In this document: in pieces, positions 54,509-62,483 of the stretch | Position numbering within the stretch: position 1 is the stretch's first letter | How the letters are laid out: the number at the start of each line of letters is the position of its first letter | IMG/VR virus record: IMGVR_UViG_3300038832_000018 | Span: 1-62,483 of that record | Source of the DNA: a virus | Taxonomy: Duplodnaviria; Caudoviricetes | Direction: 5' to 3' (one strand) | Length of the DNA stretch: 62,483 bases | Notes under the pieces: model-generated | Database searches by the model: none | Told to the model about the DNA's origin: nothing | Seen by the model: the letters and a program-made list of their open reading frames with translations, nothing else | Translations under genes and position numbers: made by a program

Positions 54509-55828
54509 TTAGTAGATTCCAGCAACCCCGTACTTTGTACTAGATCCGAAGTTCACGAATGGGGTCCAGTAGTTTCCCGAGGCAAGGTCTTGAGCATAAA
54601 TCTCCGTGGCAGTAAAGGTGTTACTCAAACTTCCATCAATCACACCTCCGTATTGATTGTACCCCCAATAGAACAACCTGTTGCCCTTTTGCGCAGACAT
54701 CCCGTAGTCACTACTGGACTGACCAGTTGGGTCGGCCTCTACTCTCACCCAGTTCGTGTCACTACCTATCTGAACAAAGTTGCCAGCCTTGTTGTCGGTG
54801 TTGGAGCCGTCACCTCTACGGGCTGTACCCTCTCCTGTGTGATACAGCTCCCCCGAAGTATTGATCAGAAGCATCGCATTGTTTGTAAGACAGCCCTGAA
54901 CCCAATCGCTTTGTAGGCTGCCTCCGACATTCCCAGTTTGGGTCGGCTTAGTCAAGTCGGACGAGGAGTTCAGACCGAACCTTTCTTGGCTATCCTCGTC
55001 TCCCCAAGCGTACACTTCCCCACCCCTGATCAAGAAGCCTCCGTCGTAGTTGACAGTAAAGAAGGTGATGTTCGTATTGGTGAAGTTGTCGCTGTTGATG
55101 GCAGTCCAGCTGGTTGTGTTCCCACTGTTTGTGTCAAGCCCAGTCATGTACTGATAGTTTCTACCCGCCACATAAAGAACATCGCTGCTCGTCTTCGTCG
55201 CCAAGGAGTAAAACCTACTTCTCTTGACGTCTTGCCAGTCCGAGTCAGAACCAACCTGAGCCCAAGAACTATATTGGGCTGTGGTATTGCCCGTTCCTGC
55301 CTGACCATAGCTGTTTGCACCGATGTAATACATCTTGCCGCTATTGATCGCCAACCCCCCGTCATAGGTAGAAGAGGCCGCTGTCCAACCAGTATCGGAG
55401 TCTCCGACACCCGTGACTTGCTGCCAAGTGTTTGATGATGACCCCTCCATATAACTAGACTGTGAGCCGATTTCCCAAAGCTGTCCTGACGCTGTAATCG
55501 CATAGGCAGCATACCTCCCGTAAGAGATTTTAGTGAAGTCGCTCTTTGACTCGGCAACTCTAACGTATGTCCCGTCTTTGTCGCAAGACAGGTTAACTAC
55601 TGGATTGGCCCCGTAGGCGTGCTTAGGTTGCATGTTACTGGAGTCAGTTCCAGTAGTGCTTATCCTCATGCCACCAAACTTTATAAGTCCAGAAGTAGGC
55701 ACTGTCTCGGTGTATGTCCCGCTGTCAGATACGGGGTTGTAGGCGCCCCCTCCAGAGGCGATGTCTTGACCGTTGATTGATGCTATGTTACCCACGTCGA
55801 TTGCGTTGTACGATGCTATGTCTGGCAT
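54509..55828 (-). CDS. RCC1-like repeat beta-propeller, putative receptor-binding/fibre tip protein
   Basis: Repeated G.N.YGQ.G.G and QVGSDSDW motifs. Confidence 0.7.
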   Translation of the reverse strand: MPDIASYNAIDVGNIASINGQDIASGGGAYNPVSDSGTYTETVPTSGLIKFGGMRISTTGTDSSNMQPKHAYGANPVVNLSCDKDGTYVRVAESKSDFTKISYGRYAAYAITASGQLWEIGSQSSYMEGSSSNTWQQVTGVGDSDTGWTAASSTYDGGLAINSGKMYYIGANSYGQAGTGNTTAQYSSWAQVGSDSDWQDVKRSRFYSLATKTSSDVLYVAGRNYQYMTGLDTNSGNTTSWTAINSDNFTNTNITFFTVNYDGGFLIRGGEVYAWGDEDSQERFGLNSSSDLTKPTQTGNVGGSLQSDWVQGCLTNNAMLLINTSGELYHTGEGTARRGDGSNTDNKAGNFVQIGSDTNWVRVEADPTGQSSSDYGMSAQKGNRLFYWGYNQYGGVIDGSLSNTFTATEIYAQDLASGNYWTPFVNFGSSTKYGVAGIY

Positions 55829-57453
55829 TAGGAAAGAACAATGAAGTCATTGGACGGATTGAACCAGATCTGACCATTGGTACTGTCGAGGCAATACCCC
55901 ACTACGCGAACTACGTCTCCGCTGCCAGAGGGTGCGGTACCAGTAATGTCCCCTGCCGTAGTAGAGACATACAGTTCGTCAGCGATAGTGCCTGGGTCGT
56001 GGTCCAAAGTGAACATCCCGCGAAGCAGCATTCCATCTACGTCTGGGTCTGTGCCTAACGCGATAGCCAGCAGGCACCCCCCAGAGGTAGAAGCCGCATC
56101 GGCGTCTGCAGCAGCCCAAGCCCCATCAGACTTGTAGTAGCACAGCTCACCTTGAGTCGTGCTGCCAGTCCCAATCTTTACAATATCTCCTTGAACACTG
56201 AAGTCCGTGTCTGAAGTTTTAGCAAAGACATTCTTTGTTGATGTGAGCTCACCAGTAACGTCAACACCTGTATTTGTTACGCTGAGTCTCTCTGTATCAT
56301 TAATCTTAGTGTTGACCTCGTTTGCAGTGCTGAAGTCAACGTACTCTTGGTCGGTAGCCGTTCCGATCTTCGTCAGGCTGCTGTTGATGATTGAAGTGAT
56401 CGTCGTCTGAGCCGCACCGACATTCAAAGTCACAGTGCCCGTGGTGCCACCACCAGATAGTCCATCCCCTGCGGTAACGCCTTCGATGTCACCGCTGCCA
56501 CCACCGCCACCGCCAGCGGCGGCAATCGTAATGGCACCATCTGCATTGGTGATGGTTACGTTACTTCCTGCCGTCAAGGTGGCTACAGCAGGACCGCTAG
56601 TGCCCCCGATCAAAAGCTGACCGTTGGTGGACATAGCGGCGGCAGCAACTGTATCGGTGCCGCTGTCCTGCGTAATCAACACTGCCTTATCAGCAAACGA
56701 AGTAGCTCCCGTTCCACCCTGAGCCACGGTCAGGCCCCCGACTTCTAAGTCGATGGTGCCGTCGGCATCTTGATAGGTCGCAGTGATACCGCTCTCGGTG
56801 TTGCCAGTGAACATTCCACCAGCTATGTCTTGCACCTCCTCGGTAGTGAGTTGAGTGTCAGACGTTTGATTTACATACGACAGGTTGCCCGACCCGTCGG
56901 TCTTCAATACCTGACCGTCGCTCCCGTTAGACGTGGGGAGGGTAAACTGCACATCCCCTGCAAAATCAGCATGCGCTGGGGCCTGAACGGTAACCTTGTG
57001 TGCCGCAGAGCTTTCACAGTAAAAGTCAATCTTACCTGAACTGCCCGTACCGCTAAGGATTTCTACATGACCGTCAGAGACTTTGACTCCACTAGAAGAG
57101 CTTGAACTGTCAATTACGACCTTACCATTGCCATTCGGCTTGATGTCAATATCCCCGTCCGAAGTGCTGACAATGTCATTGCCGTTGACATCCAGATCCC
57201 CACCAAGTTGTGGGGAGGTGTCTACTACAATGTTTGTGCCGCCATCAGCACCCGCAGGCCCTTGTGCGCCAGTAGCTCCCGTGGCTCCTGTAGCCCCTGT
57301 AGCCCCTGTAGGCCCCGTTGCACCAGTTGCACCCGTGTCCCCCGTATCTCCTTTGTCCCCCTTTGCTCCTGGGCTCGATACGGATATGCTGCTCGACGCA
57401 GGTTGAGTTACCGTTACGGTAGTCCCATCAGTTACTGTGATCGTCGTAGACAT
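55828..57453 (-). CDS. Tail fibre protein with collagen-like repeat
   Basis: (G-X-Y)n tract at about 57245-57370; DTSPQLGGDLDVNG motif; TGSG-rich. Confidence 0.75.
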   Translation of the reverse strand: MSTTITVTDGTTVTVTQPASSSISVSSPGAKGDKGDTGDTGATGATGPTGATGATGATGATGAQGPAGADGGTNIVVDTSPQLGGDLDVNGNDIVSTSDGDIDIKPNGNGKVVIDSSSSSSGVKVSDGHVEILSGTGSSGKIDFYCESSAAHKVTVQAPAHADFAGDVQFTLPTSNGSDGQVLKTDGSGNLSYVNQTSDTQLTTEEVQDIAGGMFTGNTESGITATYQDADGTIDLEVGGLTVAQGGTGATSFADKAVLITQDSGTDTVAAAAMSTNGQLLIGGTSGPAVATLTAGSNVTITNADGAITIAAAGGGGGGSGDIEGVTAGDGLSGGGTTGTVTLNVGAAQTTITSIINSSLTKIGTATDQEYVDFSTANEVNTKINDTERLSVTNTGVDVTGELTSTKNVFAKTSDTDFSVQGDIVKIGTGSTTQGELCYYKSDGAWAAADADAASTSGGCLLAIALGTDPDVDGMLLRGMFTLDHDPGTIADELYVSTTAGDITGTAPSGSGDVVRVVGYCLDSTNGQIWFNPSNDFIVLS

Positions 57454-57866
57454 CAGGCGAGGGCTTCAGAGATGTCATCGTTCACAGTAAAGTTTCCCTT
57501 TAGGATGGTTGTTGTAACGCCATCGAGGATCTGCTGCAGGTCGTACACGTACCTACCAGGCTGAACCTTTCTCATAATCGCATCACTAGCGGTAACCGTA
57601 AGGACCCCTGAATCGGTTTTGGTGAACGTAAAATTGACCCCCTCGTCCGCAGCCTTCCCCCTGTTTGTGCTCCCAATGAGAAGCTTGCGAGAGCCCTGCG
57701 ACTTTTGGCGTCCCCGAACCTGCATCAAAAACTCATAGCCCGATGTGGTTAGCGTTAACGCTGTACCCGTCGAGTCCTTCAGGGTCAACTGGAGTTTAAA
57801 GGTGTCTCCTTTTCTACATGTGATGTCCAGCTTTTCTGAGACATCCAAGTTTACTTTACTAGCCAT
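57453..57866 (-). CDS. Fibre/baseplate adaptor-like protein
   Basis: GDTF, GRYVYDLQ and TILKG motifs. Confidence 0.55.
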   Translation of the reverse strand: MASKVNLDVSEKLDITCRKGDTFKLQLTLKDSTGTALTLTTSGYEFLMQVRGRQKSQGSRKLLIGSTNRGKAADEGVNFTFTKTDSGVLTVTASDAIMRKVQPGRYVYDLQQILDGVTTTILKGNFTVNDDISEALA

Positions 57867-60304
57867 TACTGCTTCACCATATTTAGCATCTCAAGAATAT
57901 TCGAGCGCTTCTCTTCTTGCAACTCAGGGCGCTTGCCAGTGCGTTGGGAGATCAACTTGCTCTGCTCCACAGCCTGCTTCTTGACTCTGTCATCCTTGCG
58001 ATTGTCTTTCTGAGTTTCGATTTGACTGCGGTGATTAAACTCCTCCTGCTTCTGGGCGTCGTTGCGCTGGATCTTCATGGCCTCAATTTCCTTGTTCATC
58101 TGGTGCTCTGCCTGCAAGATTGCCAGCTGACTCTGAGTCTTGAGCTCAATCATTTTTGCATCTACCTGTGCCTGCAGCTCTACCTCTTGCGCTTTTGCCT
58201 GAGCGGCAGTCATCGCGGCTTGCTGGGCCTGCTGAGCCTGCATCTGAGAGTTTTGTAACGCCTGCTGCTGAGCCCTTTCCATGCGCTTACTGCGCCTTAG
58301 AATCAGCAGCCTCTCTGCCTGGGTCACGTCTTTGAGGGAGCGGACAGCCATGGCATCCTCTAAATCGATTTCTTTTTGGCTCAAAGCAATCTGAATGTTT
58401 TGCTCCATCACCTGCTTGTCCCTGTCCTCCATGTCTCTCTGCACCTGCACACCGAAGTTGTACATGGGCAGGTTAGAGAAGGATGTCAACACGCTCATGT
58501 TGGTAGAGCCAATCGCGTTAGCATAAGCCTTGTAGATCACGCTCTCCACGGGGAGGATCTGCACGCACTTTACGACATCCTTACAAACCTTTTTGTACAG
58601 CACCATGGCTGCGTTGGTGATGTCAAACGTAGCGTTGTTGCTTGCAGCAATAGCTTGCTGCTGAACCCCCACCAAGGCATCAGTCTTTGGTGTAGAGGCA
58701 TCGACAACCTCGTTGATACCCGTGGTGTCACGGATCATACGCAGGTAGTGATTGTACAGACCAATCAGCTCGTTGATGTTTCGAATGCTGTTGCCAATCT
58801 CTCGGACTGGCGGGTTCTGGAATCCGCCCTCGGGGTTCTTGCTGCGATAGTAAAAGACTCCCGTTTGCTCATAGATATCGTGAAGGTCAAGCGGTTGAAG
58901 CTCGCCAGCCTTTCCAAGCTGCACGTTTTCCAAGCCCTCGATATCAATAATCAAACCATCAGGCTTGGCCTTAGCAATAGCTTGCTGCAGTTTCAAGTGC
59001 GTTAGCTGCAGCATGTCTGCAAAGCCTACGCAGCTGTCGACCATAGACTTCGGCTTGTTGCCAACCATGTTGGTGGCGATAACCGAGTAGGAAAGATGAG
59101 CACGACTGATATCGTGCATGTTCTTCGGGGTATTGAACTGCTTGCCGTAGTTGATCAAGTGATCAGTGCCAAGGATATATGTCCCCTTGTACACGCAGGT
59201 AATCTCCATGGTATGCGGCTGGCGGTCATAGACACTTCCCTTCCGCTCCTTGTATTCAAAACCTTCGAAGAAAAAGTTGGTGTTCCCGTACCGATTAGAC
59301 TTCTCTTCGAAGTGCATGCAGTCTACGGTCAAGAACTCAAAGTCAAGAACCTCAACTACGTATCCACCGTACTGCTCCTTCTTGGGACCACCACTAGAAT
59401 AAGGCGTATTGGGGTGCATGTTCGATGTGCTACGCCTAGCCTTCTTAGAGATCTTTTTCAGGTCTTCGTCGGTAAGCTGATCACCAGCGATACGGCGCAA
59501 CTCGTGTAGCGGAATCTCTCTGACATGACCAGCATAAACCAGGTCATCAAAGTTTGGGTCATCCGTATAGCTGTGAACGAAGTTGATCGGGTCCACGTAC
59601 TCCAACTCAATGCCGTAGTTGGGGTCGTTCTTTCTCATCACAACGGCCATGCCCAAAGCGGCAAGGTCATTTACACACCTCCGATAAGTCCCGTCTTCGA
59701 AGTTGGCCCACGAAAGAGTCAGATCCGTAGCGACTTGTGCAGCGATTTCTGCATCCGTCTTGATGTTTGTGTCCATCAAGATCTCTGCTTCCTCTTGCGT
59801 TTCTGGGATCTGCTCTGCGCTGACCCCCAACATCGGGCGGCCTAACACACCCTGCATTTCCATAAACTCCTCGCGAAGCTTAACCTGGTTGCGGATGATG
59901 TTTTTCTCCTTGTTCTTTTCGCTGGAAGACAGTGGGTCTACTGCCTCAATGTTTGGGTAGGGATTGCGAGAAAGAATCTTGTTAACTACGATACGGACGA
60001 ACTTCGGGAGAACAGGGACTGGGGTGAAGTCCATGTTCATGAGGCTGCCGTCACCATTGTTTGGGTCGGCCTGATTCAACAGCTGCTTGTAGATAGCAGT
60101 GTCTTGAGTTCCGTTTGCGTAGTCCCGATTTCTGATGAACAAGTTTCTTCTGCCGCCGTAGGCCGAAGAATTCTCCTTGGTTTCACCCCACTGACTCTCA
60201 ATTGCCTTCGCGTATTGAAGACCATACTCGTTCGTCAGCTTGGTCTTTTGAGGGGCAAGCGGATCTGGAAACCCCCCTGCAGAATCGGTTGTTTTATTGT
60301 ACAT
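57866..60304 (-). CDS. Portal protein
   Basis: 812 aa directly after TerL; PVLPKFV motif; Q-rich C-terminal barrel. Confidence 0.8.
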   Translation of the reverse strand: MYNKTTDSAGGFPDPLAPQKTKLTNEYGLQYAKAIESQWGETKENSSAYGGRRNLFIRNRDYANGTQDTAIYKQLLNQADPNNGDGSLMNMDFTPVPVLPKFVRIVVNKILSRNPYPNIEAVDPLSSSEKNKEKNIIRNQVKLREEFMEMQGVLGRPMLGVSAEQIPETQEEAEILMDTNIKTDAEIAAQVATDLTLSWANFEDGTYRRCVNDLAALGMAVVMRKNDPNYGIELEYVDPINFVHSYTDDPNFDDLVYAGHVREIPLHELRRIAGDQLTDEDLKKISKKARRSTSNMHPNTPYSSGGPKKEQYGGYVVEVLDFEFLTVDCMHFEEKSNRYGNTNFFFEGFEYKERKGSVYDRQPHTMEITCVYKGTYILGTDHLINYGKQFNTPKNMHDISRAHLSYSVIATNMVGNKPKSMVDSCVGFADMLQLTHLKLQQAIAKAKPDGLIIDIEGLENVQLGKAGELQPLDLHDIYEQTGVFYYRSKNPEGGFQNPPVREIGNSIRNINELIGLYNHYLRMIRDTTGINEVVDASTPKTDALVGVQQQAIAASNNATFDITNAAMVLYKKVCKDVVKCVQILPVESVIYKAYANAIGSTNMSVLTSFSNLPMYNFGVQVQRDMEDRDKQVMEQNIQIALSQKEIDLEDAMAVRSLKDVTQAERLLILRRSKRMERAQQQALQNSQMQAQQAQQAAMTAAQAKAQEVELQAQVDAKMIELKTQSQLAILQAEHQMNKEIEAMKIQRNDAQKQEEFNHRSQIETQKDNRKDDRVKKQAVEQSKLISQRTGKRPELQEEKRSNILEMLNMVKQ

Positions 60305-60325
60305 GCGGGGATACTACTTATCCCA

Positions 60326-60335
60326 CAAATATAAT
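60326..60335 (-). promoter_or_regulatory. -7 promoter element ATTATATTTG
   Basis: Intergenic exact copy. Confidence 0.6.
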
Positions 60336-60339
60336 AAAT

Positions 60340-62454
60340 TCACCCTCGTATTTTGTAGCGCCTAAAGAACACCTTCTCGTCGAAGGAGCTCACCTGCTTC
60401 GGTTTTACTTTTTGCGCAGCCAACAAAGCCAGCCCAGAGCTAATTGTAAGGTCAAATCGGGTTCTGTTGTTGATGTCATAACCGATCCAGTCCTCCATGG
60501 TCCGATTAAAATACATGCTCCCCATCTCGCCAGTATCGCGATTCAACCCCACGTGTGAGTGAATGTACGCCTCGATTGCCTGAGCGTGAGACTGGATGAC
60601 ATCTACCGAGTTCGATGGTATCCCCTTCGTCTTGACTTTTACTTTCTGGCTGCTGCTGGTAAGGTGTGACGGCCTATCCATGAGATATCCATCATACCCG
60701 CGAGACTCGAAATACCTGGCGATACCGTACTTATTGTTCTCGATCAGGATTGGGTAACCGTAGAAGACCGCAGCCATCAAAACGTCCTCATAAAAAATAG
60801 AGGCCAGAGGTGGCCGCGCAGCATACTCCAAAACAAACATGTTTGCTGGGACCTCCATGTTGAACTTATTGTACAGGTGCAGGGCACCCTTCGAACCCCT
60901 GCCGTCGACCGTGGCGTCAAGGTCATAGCTGTCTACCCCGCCACAACCAAGGTGAGTGTTAGGCGCAACTCTCTTCCCCCTTTCCTGAGCCTTTTTGTTT
61001 CTCAACTCTACGGGTGGCATCCAAGCAATCCGAAACCTACCCTTCGGGTCTGGGGTAAAAACAACTTCGCTATCCTTGACCCCTCCCTTCCAGGAGAACT
61101 GACCAGACACAACTGGGTTTGGAAACAGTGAGTCGTTGTGCTCTACTTGCTCGTAGATGTGCCCGATGTTGAACAGGCTCGACTCGATGCTATCACGAAA
61201 CGCTTCGTCTTCGGTGAAAGGAAACTGCCTGATGGTTTCGTTGAGCTCTGACGCATCGTGCTTCAGGCTGTCTCGTTCGTTTTTCAAAAACGTCTTGGCG
61301 CCCATATGGATGTGCTCACCATCAATACCCTCGACCAACCCCTCAGGATTTTCAACTACAGGTATCCCGTATTTGTCGAAGAACCCCTCTAGCGATTCAT
61401 AAGCAGGGATAAACAGTCGGTACAGCCCCGACCTAGTCCTCCCATTCGCATTCCTGTCCGTCGGATCCGAGTCCGCCCACAGGTCCTTGTATTCTCGTCC
61501 GCCTTTTCCCATGGGGTTGACGGTGCTTCCGACCATTGCCTTCCCCACGATTTTTCTTCCGACGATCAAACACGTCCTCTGAATCCTCCAAGCCTCTCTT
61601 ATGTCTGTGGGTTTTTCCCATTTCCCCGCCTCGTCTAGATACAGTAGGTGTAGCTTCTCTCCGTCGTATGCGTTGTTGGTGGTGTTCTTCCAGTTGATGA
61701 CCGTATTCAAGGCGTCGCCCATCGTGGCCGTCTTGTTGTTCTTGGTGATCTTCTTTGACGGCTCACGGAAGGCAAGCTCCATACGAGGGTTGGTAGTACC
61801 GTCTTGGATGGGCTTGAAGAAGAAAGGATACTTGCGGAACATGGTCACCACCTTCTTCATGAAGATGTTTTCCTGGGCATCCTTACCTGTCTTGCTCTGT
61901 ATCCCGACCAGCTTGTCTTTGACCTGCGTAGCCTCGTCTACGATAACTGAAGAACAAATGTTGGTGTATCCTGATCTACGGCACTTGGTATATAGCTGTC
62001 CAATACAACGAGGGTCCGCCTCACACGCGGCCAAATGTAAGAATATATCTCTTTGAAAATCAAGGTAGTACGGCGCGCCAACGTCTAACACCGACCACTG
62101 CAGCATCATGTAGTGACGCCCCGTGATGTATGTAGCGTTACCTCGGTTATAAAACCAAACGCCCTCACGCCGACGGCGAAATTCTTCTTCGATGTATGGA
62201 CGAAACTTCTCTCGAAACTCCCGAGGCATCTCCGCCCACTCATCCATAGAACGAATACGCGATATCTCTGCGGGTAGATCAGCTCGCCGCCAGTACTGAT
62301 CCTGCACGGGTAGATCGCAGTAGAGGATGTCTTTGATTTTAGGGGGCTTCGGAAGCACAATGAGAAGGCCACCGATTTCGACGTGGTCACCAATCGTACC
62401 GTTGGGACAAATTGCCACCGCTTTTTCTTCATACCCTTTTAGATCAACTAACAT
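60340..62454 (-). CDS. terL: Terminase large subunit
   Basis: KCRRSGYT Walker A, LYLDEAGKW Walker B, GSTVN, GGVDSYD nuclease motif, IENNK. Confidence 0.88.
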   Translation of the reverse strand: MLVDLKGYEEKAVAICPNGTIGDHVEIGGLLIVLPKPPKIKDILYCDLPVQDQYWRRADLPAEISRIRSMDEWAEMPREFREKFRPYIEEEFRRRREGVWFYNRGNATYITGRHYMMLQWSVLDVGAPYYLDFQRDIFLHLAACEADPRCIGQLYTKCRRSGYTNICSSVIVDEATQVKDKLVGIQSKTGKDAQENIFMKKVVTMFRKYPFFFKPIQDGTTNPRMELAFREPSKKITKNNKTATMGDALNTVINWKNTTNNAYDGEKLHLLYLDEAGKWEKPTDIREAWRIQRTCLIVGRKIVGKAMVGSTVNPMGKGGREYKDLWADSDPTDRNANGRTRSGLYRLFIPAYESLEGFFDKYGIPVVENPEGLVEGIDGEHIHMGAKTFLKNERDSLKHDASELNETIRQFPFTEDEAFRDSIESSLFNIGHIYEQVEHNDSLFPNPVVSGQFSWKGGVKDSEVVFTPDPKGRFRIAWMPPVELRNKKAQERGKRVAPNTHLGCGGVDSYDLDATVDGRGSKGALHLYNKFNMEVPANMFVLEYAARPPLASIFYEDVLMAAVFYGYPILIENNKYGIARYFESRGYDGYLMDRPSHLTSSSQKVKVKTKGIPSNSVDVIQSHAQAIEAYIHSHVGLNRDTGEMGSMYFNRTMEDWIGYDINNRTRFDLTISSGLALLAAQKVKPKQVSSFDEKVFFRRYKIRG

Positions 62455-62483
62455 TTATGAGGCTTATCGTACTATAGTCACAT
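62429..62483. repeat. 55-bp terminal overlap, copy 2
   Basis: Identical to 1-55. Confidence 0.95.

Noticed and set aside
1-62483. Stop-codon reassignment as in some crAss-like phages
   Set aside because: Standard-code ORFs tile the genome, and TAA, TAG and TGA all end genes

Overview
Apparently complete, circularly assembled dsDNA tailed-phage genome of about 62.4 kb: positions 1-55 repeat exactly at 62429-62483. The host is inferred to be Bacteroidota, probably Flavobacteriales, from the Bacteroidota-type primary sigma factor, T9SS sorting domains, TAnnTTTG promoters and SD-less leaders. The + strand from about 7.6 to 23.6 kb holds small early genes, a tRNA-Arg, the sigma factor, a DnaA domain IV protein, an SSAP/exonuclease/SSB set, a primase-helicase and nucleases. 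No DNA polymerase or integrase was recognised. The - strand (23.8-62.4 kb, continuing through 1-6.7 kb) holds a podovirus/crAss-type structural module, lysis genes and a GroES-like protein. The most unusual signals are: (1) seven covarying ~60-bp hairpin repeats at early-gene junctions; (2) tRNA acceptor-plus-T-arm minihelix mimics; (3) a phage envelope cassette with type A and type B T9SS cargo, an outer-membrane beta-barrel and a CxxC-less thioredoxin fold; (4) an A10 slippery site with an open aromatic -1 frame in the large virion protein; (5) a candidate ADP-ribosyltransferase; (6) a candidate GU-rich sRNA. All protein family calls come from motif recognition by eye, not from database searches.
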